A stretch of 64,000 bases of DNA from Lingula anatina (GCA_051362555.1 CM120640.1:6882001-6946000); one strand, 5' to 3'. Positions 26,201 to 38,227 are shown, counted from the first letter of the stretch. Translations and numbers: made by a program. Notes: generated by a model not told the origin, from the letters alone.

Positions 26201-29200
26201 AACATGTAATTTATATAATCACCTATGCATCTGGCTTTTACTTTGGGTGCATAAAATTTTGCTTACTTTATATCATGACTTTTGCTGTTCTTGTGCTTGA
26301 CTTCATGCAAATGTACTAGTATTTGAATGATAATTGGCTGAAGTCATTTTTAAAGTTCTAGTAATTAAGATTAATTGTTTCATTTTTAATTATATTTGAT
26401 TGTGTAGTTTATATGTTATATTTGTAAACATTGTTATCTTCTTTTATAGGGTTAAGTGAATTTTTTATGTAAGGCAACAAAAGTGTCTTTCATACTGTGA
26501 TATATCTTTCTTTAAGTTGGTATGGAAAAAATGTTGAAAAAAGAAACATTTCCCCCTTTTATTATTGCAATTTGAGCAAGGCTTAAGTTATCTTTATTAT
26601 AATTAATATTTGCCTAAAAGACAATATGCTGGTAAAGCTTCTTTTGTCATTTAAATATATTATTATTTGTTTAATTGAGGAAGATGGTCAAAAATAATGT
26701 AAACATTTATGAATTATTCATATTTTAAACATATTAATTCCATTATTATGTTGGTGATCTTATTTGTGGTGGTGGAATTTGCAAGCTTCTATGAGTAGCT
26801 TCATGCTTTATGCCAAATGGATTGCTTAATTAACTGATATGCTATAAGTGCATGGTTTGTGTATGCATGAATGCTTGTGAATCAGGGTGCATGCTGTATT
26901 ATTGTTCAAAGGCATGATTATGTCCATAATTATGTCATATGATCATTAGCTAATTTTCTACTTGTGAATCGCACTGTAACTGTCTTTATTGGTTTGTTCA
27001 CTGAGTAAAAGATGTTAATGTGGTCTTTGTTAAATTTGTTCTGTCTGTTTGTAACAGTAATATTTGAAACTTTTTTCTGTTACATGTACTTTATGACCTC
27101 ATCATAAACGATATGAATAATGCTGGGATCAGGCATGCAAGTTATGTATTAATATTTGCTTTTGAGAAATGATATTTAGAATTTTTCTCTTGGTGTCACC
27201 TTATCATTAATTACATCTCTACATTTATAAATTAGTGGATGGGAATTGGGCAGATTTCACCCCCTGGTCATCATGTTCTGTGTCCTGTGGAGGAGGGGTA
27301 CAGACCAGGAACAGAACATGTACCAACCCAGCACCTGCCAACAATGGCTCCACCTGCCCAGGTGATGCCTCCGAGTCTCAGCAGTGCAATATAAACCCGT
27401 GTCCAAGTAAGTGACATGTTTTCATATATAGGATAAATTTTAGGCCTGCCACAAACTCTCTTACAAATTTGCAAGAGGGAAGTTTACTATGCAAGTGGAT
27501 TCTTTTTGCAAATTTTCATTTTTTACAAACTTCTTGAGTATGTTTTCCACAAATTATATAGTTTGCAGCCAATTTGCTGTAAACTTTTCATATTGCTAAA
27601 TTGGTCAGTTAATGATTATAATTATGAATAAAGAAAATGCAAATACATCTTTCACTTGAAATTAAAAAATTCTATAAACTATTCTTTGTCAAAATTTCAA
27701 CTAGCAGAGGAGTATGTTAATTCAGCCTTTTTTCAAAAATTTCTTCCTACTGTTTGTTCTGGATCTGATAATTCTATAAACTGTGTTTTAAAATATCATT
27801 ATTCCCTTACCTGTTAAAAGTTGATGGTGGCTTCACTGAATGGTCTGCCTGGGGAACATGTGATAGAACATGTGGTGGTGGCACACACAGTCGCAATCGC
27901 TCCTGCACCAACCCTGCCCCTCAGTTTGGTGGGCAAAACTGCACGGGGATTGAAGAAGAAAGCAAGGCATGCAATACCAACCCTTGTCCAGGTAATGCTT
28001 AATTCAGAATGAATTTATTTACTCCTAAAGTGGAATGCATGGAGTGATATGTTGTATTTAATGTTATTGTTTAATATTGGCTGTCTTTATTTTTGGTTAT
28101 AATTGATTTGATTTGGTTATACTTGATTTAAAGCTATATTAACAAAAATATAGGACAGTTACAGGTAGGCATGAAAAGTAAATCACCCATTGCTCTTTAT
28201 AATAATGTATATAATATCACAGTTGATGGTAATTGGGCCCCGTGGGGGATGTGGACTACCTGCAATGTCACGTGTGGAGGCGGCATGCGTGCCAGGTACA
28301 GAAACTGTTCCAACCCTGAGCCACAACATGGTGGACAACCTTGTCCTGGCAGTGGTACAGAGACAGATGTGTGTAACTCTCAGCCTTGTCCAAGTAAGTG
28401 ATTGATTTGATGGGACATTGTTCTGATATTCTGTCAATATAAGTGCTTTTCTATATAAACAATGCAATAAATGTTTGGTACAAGGTTAATAAGCATACAG
28501 TTATACAGTTTTGTAATAATCAATACATGGATTCTAATCTACCCCCACTATCAATAACTGTCATATGGCTACTCTATTGGGTTTCTGCCACTTTTGCGGA
28601 CTACCATTCACATGAATTTTCAGGTGACTCTTTGTTGTCTTTATTTCAATAATTGAACAAAGCAAAAATTTATTTTTGTGTTACTTTTTGGATTATAAAT
28701 TAAAGTAGTATAACAACCATCATGTTGTAGTTGTAGAGACTCATTGAATGTCAACTTTTCTATTTGTAGTTGATGGTGGTTACACAGACTGGACCACATG
28801 GACTTCCTGCAGCACTACTTGTGGACCTGGAACACAGGAACGCACACGCACATGCACAAACCCAACCCCAGCATTTGGTGGGAGTGATTGTCAAGCTCTT
28901 GGGAGTGCTTCAGATAATAAAACATGTAACTTAGTTGGTTGCCCTGGTAAGAACATCTTGTTTGTATTTTTATGTTGGCTATAAGTCTGTTATTTGAAAA
29001 CAATGTGTACTGTTATTACAATAATACTTAGTTAAATAATTTTGGAACACATTTATTTATAAGTTTTCCCTGCAGTGATTTGTCTGTATTAAATCTACAT
29101 GGATGCCCAATAATATAACATTGTGTTAGACAAGGAAAATAATAATAATAATGTAAATATAATTGTGAACTTGTTTATTTATTTATTTATAGTTGATGGT

Positions 29201-32200
29201 AACTGGTCACCATGGGGTTCTTGGGGTTCATGTAGCAGGACATGTACCCTTGGCAATCTGAAAGGCATCCAAACTCGTCCTAGGACCTGCACAAATCCTG
29301 CTCCTCAAAATGGTGGAGCCACCTGTCCCGGCACAGATACAGCACAAAGGTTCTGCAACACAGCTGATTGCCCTGGTAAGGCAAATAATTTCAGTGTCCA
29401 ATATCTTCTTACTTCAATTTGGTAGGTTGCTTCATTATTACGAAAAACATTATTGCGCTAGACATACATGTAGATGCCTTTATTTATATTTTGTTTTCTT
29501 GGTTTTTGAAGTGATGGTTGCAGTTTTTGTGATTTTATGTATCTTTATGTGTGTTGACATACTAGATTTTATGTTTTATGACTAGTGAATTTTTGGACAG
29601 TAAAGACGTAGGGCTCTTGTAAGTGTCTAAGAACCCTTGACTTGTTCATGCCACAAAAATGAAGGTTCGAGCAGTTTTGCCGATAAGTTAGACCCATTTA
29701 TGGAACTAAAGTATAACACAAGCCATGTTAGCACTGTGGTATTTAAATGTAGTCTTAGTTATTTAAATCCACACCTATTTCAGTTGATGGCCAGTGGTCT
29801 GATTGGACAGACTGGGGGAACTGCAATGCCACCTGTGGAGGGGGCACCCAGAGGAGGGTGCGTTCCTGTAGTCAGCCACAGTTTGGAGGAGTTCAGTGTG
29901 TTGGAGCACCCCCATTTGACCAGGAGGAATACCAGAGCTGCAACAACCAACCCTGCCCAGGTATTCATGGGTCTTTTGGCAAGCTGGTTCCATAATTTGT
30001 AAACTTCAGTATTATGTGTACCGTAAGTTTCAGATCGGATGCAGGCCAGCTTCTCTATTTTCAAATTTTCACATCTGTTTGCTGAGGGCAAGTGCATGGG
30101 TTAATGAAATTCAAATTGGAGATGGTGAGGCTAAAATGTATCATCAAGTCTGAAGCTTAGGGTATTTTATATCGTATATTGATTGCCCTTGTCGAATAGC
30201 TGGCAATAAAAAATTGACATTAGGGATGTAAACAGTGTCAGTAATTTTTGGGGCCAGTTTTGTTTGTGGAATTCTGTGAATTTTGAACCCTGTCATTAAG
30301 CAGACAAACTAGGAGACACAGAAAGCATTTTCTGCATAAAACAGCACCATTATTCTGTCTTTTCAAGTGGATGGTAACTGGGCTCCATGGGGTGCATGGT
30401 CCACATGTCCAGTTACGTGTGGGGGAGGAACACAACAACGACGGCGGACATGCGCCAACCCTACACCTCTCTTTGGTGGTGCCTCTTGCCCTGGTGCCAG
30501 CAGCGAGACACAAAACTGTTCTACTGCTTTATGTCCAGGTACAATATTCTCTTATTTGTCTTGGTTGAAAGGATTGTTTATGTTTAATGCCAAATTTTGA
30601 TGGTGCCACTTTTTTTACTCTTTTGAACAGTTATATATACTTATCTGAATATTCATGCAGCAAGATATATAAATAATCAATTTTAAGAAGTCAACCTTTA
30701 AATAGTCAACAAGTAAAATAATCCTTTATTCCTAAAGCATGTTCTAAAAACATTCTTTTACTGTTTATTGTTTAAAAAATGGTAAATTGCAGTATAATTT
30801 TGTATTCAGTGGATGGTGGGTGGTCTTCATGGACGGATTGGGGTGCATGCACAAAGTCTTGTGGGTCTGGTGAACGGTTCCGTCATCGTAACTGCGACAG
30901 CCCATCACCACAGAATGGTGGAGCTCTTTGTGCTGGGGCAGCAACTAATACACAGACTGAATCTGAAAGCTGCCAGACTCAACCATGCCCAAGTGAGTAG
31001 CTGACTTGTCAGTCAAAGAAGAATACATGTGCTTTCATCCAAGTTTTCCTATGTTATATATTTTTAAAAATCACTTTGTGCACTAAGCATTTGAAAATGT
31101 TATGTTCTTGTAAGTAAGTAACTAGTAACTAACAAGTTTACCTTTTTTATATATTCTCCAAAACGTATCAAAAATATGTCAGACGTACATTTAATTATAT
31201 CTGTAAATACCTTCTAGTTGATGGCAACTGGGGATCATGGGGCAATTGGAGCTTGTGTGATGCCACCTGTGGTGGAGGCAATCGCATCAGGACTCGCTCC
31301 TGTGACAACCCAGCACCCGATAATAATGGAACATTCTGCATTGGATCTGCAACAGAGAATGAATCCTGTAATAATGCCTCATGTCCAGTTGATGGACAAT
31401 GGTCAACATGGACACCTTGGTCAGTGTGCCCTGTGACCTGTGGAGGCTCACAACAAACTAGGTCAAGGTCATGCACAGCTCCAGAGCCAGCATTTGGAGG
31501 TTCTCCGTGTCCAGGGGGACAGTACAATGAGACTGAGACCAGAAACTGCAATACAAGTCCATGTCCAAGTAAGTTGGTTTGTAGGCCATATACATCTTAT
31601 TATTGATTTTTCCTAGTTAGCATTGACCACAGATAGTCTGATTAGAATAAAACAAAAATTGCTTTTTTGAATTTTTTTACTATGGTTTATACTGATAAGT
31701 ACAGGGGCTTTACTGTGTTAAGGTATATTAATTTTAACAGTTTTGTTGATACGTAAGATTTTAAAAAATGTGTTATAAATAGGCTATACATAAATTGTAC
31801 TTGGAGGTAGCTAAGTTAAATACTGGCTGCAATGTGTTCTCTTTTTATTGCTTCACTTTCAATTACCTGTACTATAATTTTTGTGGGTTAACATTTTATA
31901 GTAAATGGACAATGGAGTAACTGGGGCTCATGGTCAGACTGCAGCACTTCATGTGGTCCAGGTGTCAGGACAAAGACACGCCAGTGCAACAATCCAGCAC
32001 CACAGTTTGGAGGACAAAGTTGTCCTGGTTCTGGTACAGGGACTGAAGAATGCAATGTGCGGCCTTGTCCAGGTTAGACAGAATTCTTTTAAATTTTATA
32101 TGAGAACATATTTGTATTTAACTGATCTAGCTTACATGATCTTAGCATTTTAACCCATGCTGTTTTACATGTGTACACTGTACATGCATGGTTGTCTAGA

Positions 32201-35200
32201 TTGAAACTGCAATGGCTAACCAAAGACACACAGTAGCTTTATAGCAAAATGGGCAGTCACCCAACAACCTCTTGTTATCTGGGTGTGAATGTATGTAATT
32301 TTCAATTGTTTTCTTCTTTGTTTACAGAGGCTCCTGATACCAGGGGATCACACTTTGTCCTGCTGTTCTTAGCTAACAAGATTGTGGGAGGAGTAGACAT
32401 TGCACCAGAGATCCTCCTCATTAATCCATACTCTGTACCAGTTCAGGTATATACAGTTTTTTTTCTCGAAATAGTATGGTGAATTAAATACCCATTTATT
32501 TAGCAGTGATTTTTAGCCCCATCATTATGAGGCAATACAATCCAGAAACCAGCACTGTTACATTTGGAACCATGAACAGATACTAGAATAATTTGGTAGA
32601 AACGTATTCTTGGTTACATTGTCAGAAGTTTGCTGACCATCAGCCAAGTTGATTCTAAGAGGTGGCACTATATTCAACTTTTTCAAGTTTGAAGTTCATG
32701 TTCTGCCAGTACCTTGATGATTTAGTATAATTTCTATTATGTATATTCATCATTTTATGTGTCAGGTCACCATAACAACTCCAGGAGCCACAGTAGACCA
32801 ACAGCCTTATTATATAAATCAAAATGTCAACCTGGCACCTAAGTCAACACAGATTGTACAGGTTCCCAAATCCATACGTCTGTCAGGAACCGAAACTGCT
32901 CCAAAAGGCATTCTAGTCACAGCCAGCCAGGAGATAGTTGTCATGGGGATCAACAAGGAGCCAGACTCCACTGATGTGTACACTGGAGTGCCAGATGATG
33001 CCATGGGGAAGAGTTTCCGTGCTGTTTGTGCACCACCCACTGGAGATGGATGCCAGATTGCTGGGGTGGCCATGAAACCAGGGACTGTCATCACTGTTAC
33101 TCTACCACCATCAGCTAAACGAAGACGCAGACGTAGGGACTTGACATTTAATGGACAAACATACTCCCCAGGGGATACCTTCAACTTCACTATTAATGGC
33201 TTTGAATCTTTCCAGTTCTCAAGTGGAGATGATTTGACAGGAGTGTTAATTGTCAGCTCTGAACCTATTGCTCTCTTCAGTGGCAACATGCAGACTCAGG
33301 TTGGCATAGGTACCTCAACTGACCACGTAACAACACAGGTACCATCACTTAGCACATGGGGGAAACAGTTCATAATTGTACCCATACCAGGGAGATCCAT
33401 GCACAAGAGAGGAGATATCATCAGAATTATTGCCAGTGAAGATGTAACATCAGTTAATGTAACTAATAATGATGTAGGGACTTTGACCAACACCATTTCA
33501 CGTGCTGGAAATTTCCTGGAACTCACTATAGGAAATGGAACTGACAACTTGTGCAGTTACATTGAAGCAAACAAAGCAGTCATGGTGGTGCAGATATCAA
33601 AGAGTCAGTTTGATGCAAATGAACCTGGAGATGTCTCAATGATTCTCATCCCTCCCATAAAGGAATATCTACCTCAGTATGACTTTACTGCTCTCAATGA
33701 TGCCAGTAATGGCAACTACACCAGCTATGTCATGGTGGCGGTAGCAGAGACCCAGAAACAGAATCTGTTAATTGATGGCAAGACTTTAAATCCTGGTATT
33801 ACATGGTGCCCTACCATCCAGGGGACAGGATACACTGGGGCCTCCTTCATGGTAACCAATGAACAACATTCCATGGTGACCAAAGATCCCACCAAGCCAT
33901 TTGGTTTGCTTATCTATGGATACAGCAGTGGAGAAAGCTATGGAACTACGGCTGGCATGAGACTGGCACCAATTAATGAAGTAAGTATATTTAATTCATA
34001 TGTTTTCCTCTTTTTCTTCTTTTTCTTCAGTTAATGTATTTGACCAAGTGCATGCGTTTAAGATATGCCTAAAACTAAGAATAGTTTCACTTTGTATTTT
34101 GCTGTATTTTGGTGGCAGGTGCTTGATTTGATATCCCTCTTCCTTCCAGCCATGTAATAGAACCAGCCAGTCTGTGGATGATGGTCTGGATAACGACTGT
34201 GATGGCAGGATTGATGAAGAACTATGTGGAAATGGAATTGGTATGAACACAAAAAAAGCCAGTTATTATTTGAAATATTTCTTTATTGTTTTTTATATTG
34301 TTTGTTCATTTAATTCATTGTTTATTCAATAATTTTATTTATTTACTTTAGAGGAGGTATATTATTGTTAACTTTGCTTATGGATTGTCTGTCTTAGAGG
34401 AGAATTATTAAAAATTATCTTTATTTTTCAGATGATGATGGTGATGGAGTGCAGGATGAAGATTGTGTCTCACTGCCAAATGGTATGCATCGCTTGGTGA
34501 ATTCCATTTGAAGAAATTTATGATGACATACTACAAATCTTTACTTAATATGAGATAATTGTATGTGTTGTGCAATTGTGAAACTGATACTTATTATTGG
34601 AATATTAAGAAAGATATAGCATGCTACATTTTTTTCTCACTATAGTTGACGGTAACTGGGCAGCCTGGCAAACATGGAGTTCCTGCTCTCAGACATGTGA
34701 CAATGGAACTCGTACACGTACCCGCACATGCAGTGACCCTGCGCCACTGAATAATGGAGCCACGTGCAGTGGATCAGCCAGCGAGGAGGAGACATGCCTG
34801 GAAACTTATTGTCCAAGTAAGCTATTTTCTTTTGTAGGAAATATCCTATGTAGTTTTTAGCAGAGCACTTGTGGGTGTACTAAAACTACTGGATGATAAG
34901 TAAAAAAGCACATTAAATGTTGTTTTCATTTTTTGTCAATTTTGCCTGAGATTACAATGTGCCAAATAAAAGTGATGTCAAGGAAGAGGTTTATATAACT
35001 TTTTTTTAATTCCAGTTGCTGGTGGTTTCACTGATTGGTCAATTTGGAGTGTATGCTCTGTAACATGTGGCACTGGCCAGCAGCAGCGCACCAGGACCTG
35101 CACAAATCCTGCTCCTCAGTACGGAGGGGCCAACTGCACTGGGAATTTAGTGGAAACTAGGAATTGTGGTGATACTGTGTGTGTTGGTAAGTCTTGACAA

Positions 35201-37318
35201 TATACTTTTTACATGTGTGTTGATGGTGCCATAGTATGTAGTTGGTACCATAGTATATTGATGGTTTCATACATGTAGTTAAAGTTGTGCTAAATTGGTA
35301 CAGTGGGTATTAGAAAGACAATGGAAGTCCACTTAGAAAAAAACAGAATGAGTTATCTGTTTCTTATTCATTTCAGAATAAACACATGTATGTTCACTAA
35401 AAAGGATATCAGCCATGTAATAAATTTAAAGATTTTTGTGTGTTTTTTCATAATTGTAACAGAAATACTGTTTTTATTCAACAGTTGATGGAAATTGGGG
35501 TCCTTGGCTTGCATGGTCAGCTTGTTCAAAGAGCTGTGAATCAGGAACCAGAACAAGGAGCAGAGTGTGTAATAACCCAGCCCCAGCCAATGGTGGAGCC
35601 ACCTGCCCTGGGGATAGTTCTGAAATGGAGAACTGCAATACACAGCAGTGCATCAGTAAGTGCTGCCCTCTATAGAGGGGAAATTAGATTAACATATAGT
35701 AATGTGACATGATCTTTTGCAGTATTTTTAAACTTACGTATGAAAAGTTCTGAGTAGGTGAAGGGTTACAAGTTTTTTGTAAAAATGATAAGTGCATGTG
35801 AAGTATGTTTCCCCTGGAGCACAACACTTGAGCATTGAAAAGACAAGAAAAAGAAAGGCAATGAGTACCATACACTTTTCATTTTCAGTATAAATAACTT
35901 TCATAGGTATTTGCTTCAAAATTGTTATTATGGAAATCAATTCTAGGAACCCTAGGAAGCACCTGTACCACAGCAGCTGAGTGTCAGCAGAGTATTGCCA
36001 GCAGCACCTGTTCCTCTGGCCAGTGTGTGTGTCTGGCTGGGTTCATGCAGACCAGCTCAAACACCTGCATTAGGCGCAAGGTAGATGGGACAAGTCCATG
36101 CCAGATGGATGAAGACTGTTACCAAGCTGTGGAAAACAGTGAATGCAGGGCTGTTAACAACACTGGGATCTGCTTCTGTGGCAAGAAATACTACACTGTT
36201 GACAAGTTTGATGTTTGTATCCAGAGGCTGATAGACGGAGAGTGCTCCACAAGCCAGGATTGCTCTACTGCCATACCCAACAGCTATTGTGACAGTGGGA
36301 AATGCAAGTGTTTGGGCGGCTTCTACTCTTCAGCTAACAACCAGGGCTGTGTTGAGGGTAAGGGACCACTTTGGACAAATACAGGAGCTGATACAATGTA
36401 CTTAGTTTAAGCCGGCATTGAGCTGTTTGGCTCATCCTTTTAACTCATGAGATTTGATATACTTACATGTAGCAGAGTCAAAACTGCAGCATGGTAAAAA
36501 TATTTTTTTATACCTCAAATAGAGTCATTAAATAGTTTGTCCAGTGTAATACCTCATTTCAGTTTATATTTTCCACATGTTAAAATTGTGAAGTGTAAAG
36601 TAGTAACCTGATTCCTGCAGGTCTGAAGCAATGGCAGATTGCTGCCCTGGTGATTGGGTTGGTGTGCCTGTTCCTACTGTTCCTCATATTCTGTACTTGG
36701 TGCTGCTGCTGTCGCCGTAGAGAACCACGAGGAAAGAAACTGACAAATTCCAATTCTGATGTAAGTTGCAGCTGTTATTTTGTCCTCCAAGTTTAGTTTA
36801 AGTTGATATCCATGTGTACGTGTGCATGCATGTGTTTCATGTTTCATGATCTATCATATCATTTGAGCAGAATGGCAGGATGGCTAAAGATGCTAATTAA
36901 ATTTAAAACAATTTTTTATATGCAACATTTTGAACAAATTAAGTGAATTTGACATAGGATATTAATGGAAAAGTATTAAAATATTTAAAAATATTTTTTT
37001 GGCTTATTCCTCATATGTAACTTGTCCCTTCTACCTTTAAGAGGACATTACCAGAATTTGCTGAACATAATCTAAACTGTATCAAAACTGCTTCTTTTCC
37101 AGGTATCTGTGGGTCCTCCATTACCACGTCAGGTCTCCTTCCCAAATATGCCACTTCCCATGGCTTACAGCAGCCTGCCTCCTGACCCTGCCTACAGACC
37201 AGCCAAGCCAGACTATTACATAGCAGTACCTGCTGACGGCCCACTGGCTGATAAAGAAAAGGAAGCCTCCAATATTCCTAGTTCTCGTAACAGCAGGCAT
37301 AGCTCTCCAAGGAGATAG
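1100..37318 (+). CDS. Gene A: giant multi-exon type I membrane protein with 5 IgGFc-binding N-terminal domains, up to 38 TSP1 repeats, 3 EB-like modules, TM and cytoplasmic tail
   Basis: 59 hand-assembled coding exons with compatible phases; all have GT-AG boundaries except the acceptor at 14997. Their lengths sum to 14,796 nt, a multiple of 3, ending at TAG 37316-37318. Domain calls come from motif recognition, not from a database search. Confidence 0.85.
2222..3597 (+). CDS. Gene A IgGFc-binding N-terminal domain 1 (single large exon)
   Basis: Lies within ORF 2104-3684. Motifs [48 protein letters not shown]...ESY. Acceptor ttttag ends at 2221; donor gtgagt starts at 3598. Confidence 0.9.
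4220..4232 (+). CDS. Gene A 13-nt microexon (PAPE)
   Basis: tctttttag|CCTGCTCCAGAGG|gtaagt. It converts phase 0 to phase 1 as required, and a 13-nt paralogue lies at 17496-17508. Confidence 0.8.
5642..5701 (+). CDS. Gene A 60-nt three-cysteine linker exon
   Basis: Encodes [24 protein letters not shown] flanked, with a 60-nt paralogue at 17758-17817. Confidence 0.8.
5942..7629 (+). CDS. Gene A IgGFc-binding N-terminal domain 2 (exons 5942-6063 and 6397-7629)
   Basis: Exon encoding [15 protein letters not shown] plus ORF 6397-7659 with [19 protein letters not shown] and [14 protein letters not shown]. Canonical splice sites. Confidence 0.9.
7839..8203 (+). CDS. Gene A acidic putative metal-binding linker (exons 7839-7944 and 8153-8203)
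   Basis: Encodes PCGC...[22 protein letters not shown] and [12 protein letters not shown]. Equivalent exon pairs recur five times in the window. Confidence 0.85.
8250..8293. repeat. (GT)n microsatellite
   Basis: Perfect dinucleotide run in an intron. Confidence 0.97.
8604..15827 (+). CDS. Gene A TSP1 array 1: 11 phase 1-1 exons
   Basis: Exons 8604-8786, 9058-9225, 9439-9609, 11270-11440, 12390-12560, 13162-13332, 13521-13697, 13863-14033, 14343-14519, 14997-15167 (acceptor defective) and 15663-15827. Each encodes V[DN]G.W/Y..WS.W..CS.TCG.G...R.R.C. Confidence 0.9.
9870..10020. repeat. Degenerate minisatellite with TTTACACCTGGC core
   Basis: About 7 imperfect copies of tttacacctgg(c) spaced 20-25 nt apart in an intron. 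Confidence 0.75.
10608..10996. mobile_element. Non-autonomous hAT-like MITE
   Basis: Inverted termini AGGGTTGCCAAC (10609-10620) and GTTGGCAACCCT (10984-10995). No intact 8-bp TSD is visible. Confidence 0.55.
11818..12066. mobile_element. MITE with about 80-bp terminal inverted repeats (PIF/Harbinger, Tourist-like)
   Basis: Left arm ttcacgtgaaaaatctattttc...gatcacggtctgtgccttgaataccccg is mirrored by cggggtattcagggcacagaccgtgatc...gaaaatagatttttcatgtgaa. AAA flanks both sides, a possible 3-bp TSD. Confidence 0.8.
14709..14864. mobile_element. Short decayed MITE (CAGGGGCGGATC-type termini)
   Basis: caggggtggatccag and ctaaatctgcccctg form imperfect inverted termini. Confidence 0.45.
15967..17318 (+). 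CDS. Gene A IgGFc-binding N-terminal domain 3 (paralogue of domain 1)
   Basis: ORF 15996-17378 is colinear with ORF 2104-3684 ([35 protein letters not shown]). Confidence 0.9.
17496..20215 (+). CDS. Gene A microexon, 3-Cys linker, IgGFc-binding domain 4 and acidic linker
   Basis: Exons 17496-17508, 17758-17817, 18080-18204, 18464-19669, 19835-19940 and 20165-20215. Order and phases match 4220-8203, and the sizes are the same or nearly so. Confidence 0.88.
20450..32072 (+). CDS. Gene A TSP1 array 2: 23 phase 1-1 exons encoding 24 TSP1 domains
   Basis: Exon starts: 20450, 20969, 21711, 22153, 22681, 23023, 23400, 23743, 24125, 24736, 25141, 25487, 25878, 27236, 27821, 28223, 28770, 29193, 29784, 30368, 30810, 31218 (double, 351 nt), 31902. 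The single-domain exons are 171-186 nt; all lengths are multiples of 3 and all are AG/GT flanked. Confidence 0.9.
32328..34482 (+). CDS. Gene A IgGFc-binding domain 5 with polybasic insert, plus acidic linker
   Basis: Exons 32328-32446, 32766-33980, 34150-34240 and 34432-34482. ORF 32739-34034 contains KRRRRRRD. Confidence 0.9.
34646..35655 (+). CDS. Gene A three membrane-proximal TSP1 exons
   Basis: Exons 34646-34816, 35016-35186 and 35485-35655, each 171 nt. Confidence 0.88.
35947..36357 (+). CDS. Gene A exon with three EB-module-like cysteine-rich repeats
   Basis: ORF 35922-36410 has three repeats of C....(E/D)C......S.C....C.C..G(F/Y).......C. Confidence 0.8.
36621..36760 (+). CDS. Gene A transmembrane exon
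   Basis: Encodes [40 protein letters not shown]: a hydrophobic helix, a Cys cluster and a basic stop-transfer stretch. Boundaries cctgcag| and |gtaagt. Confidence 0.88.
37103..37318 (+). CDS. Gene A terminal exon, Pro-rich cytoplasmic tail
   Basis: ttttccag| followed by [13 protein letters not shown]...SSPRR*, in phase 0 as the TM exon requires. Confidence 0.8.
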   Translation, partial: VSVGPPLPRQVSFPNMPLPMAYSSLPPDPAYRPAKPDYYIAVPADGPLADKEKEASNIPSSRNSRHSSPRR

Positions 37319-38058
37319 AAGGTCCATATAGAGTTAATGGAGACTTTTAAGATATTTTGGATATTTTATGAGATTTTTACTTTTGTGAGTGACATGTATA
37401 AACTTTATGTCATTTTAAGGCCTACATTATTTTTTTTAGATATACGTAAGCTTAATATATGGTAAATGCATAATGTCATTTGTATGCAATTGCATATTTG
37501 TTTATAATTACTTAAATGGAAACATTTACATGTTATGAACTTTTTAACACTTAAGTTATGTGAGAGTAGAGAAAAAGACACTAACAAATTTTGAACAAGA
37601 CAGCTAGCATTTTTTCTTTAATTGCAATTCATCAAGAGAATGTAATGATCACATGAAAATACTTACAACACCTGAATGCCAGATCAGAAGTTAAAGTTCT
37701 GTTTTCCCTTTCAGTGTAGGAAATTGATTGAAAAAAACTTATTTTGGACTGGAAAACAATATATTTTTCCTATTATTTTGTAAAGTTTAAATTGTTTTTG
37801 AGAAAATGCTCAAAGTCTGTGATGTTTGGTATTTGATCATAAGGTAGCTGTATTGTAGGACTGCATTGTATATCACTGCATGGTAGGACTGGACTTTAAG
37901 TTTGCAATCTAGATGCGAGAAAGAAGTAGAAAGAAATATAATTCACTAATGTTTTTTCATACTTTAATTTTATATTCTTAATATTGCAATATATTAGAAG
38001 TTATTAACATATTTTTATATGTATAAATGGCAATAATGTACTGATATCCAGTGATGTG

Positions 38059-38074
38059 AATAAAGATTAATAAA
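38059..38074 (+). terminator. Candidate polyadenylation signals of gene A (two AATAAA)
   Basis: AATAAA at 38059-38064 and 38069-38074, about 740 nt after the stop. The context is AT-rich, so a chance match is possible. Confidence 0.4.
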
Positions 38075-38176
38075 TGAAGTTGTGAAAAATTAAATTAGAA
38101 ATTTATCATTTATTAATTAAATAATTGTGTTTATTTAGCAGATATTATAATAAAATGGACCATAGGAATAAACTTT

Positions 38177-38179
<3 letters not shown>

Positions 38180-38224
<45 letters not shown>
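38180..38224. repeat. (CT)n microsatellite
   Basis: Perfect dinucleotide run. Confidence 0.97.

Positions 38225-38227
<3 letters not shown>

Noticed and set aside
32819-33547. Minus-strand and alternate-frame ORFs overlapping exons (here and over many TSP1 exons)
   Set aside because: Shadow ORFs of the real + strand coding exons, with no independent motifs.
1100-37318. Naming gene A as SCO-spondin, hemicentin or FCGBP
   Set aside because: It lacks VWD, LDLa and TIL domains (SCO-spondin, FCGBP) and VWA, Ig and G2F domains (hemicentin). Only the domain types are shared, so no gene symbol is assigned.
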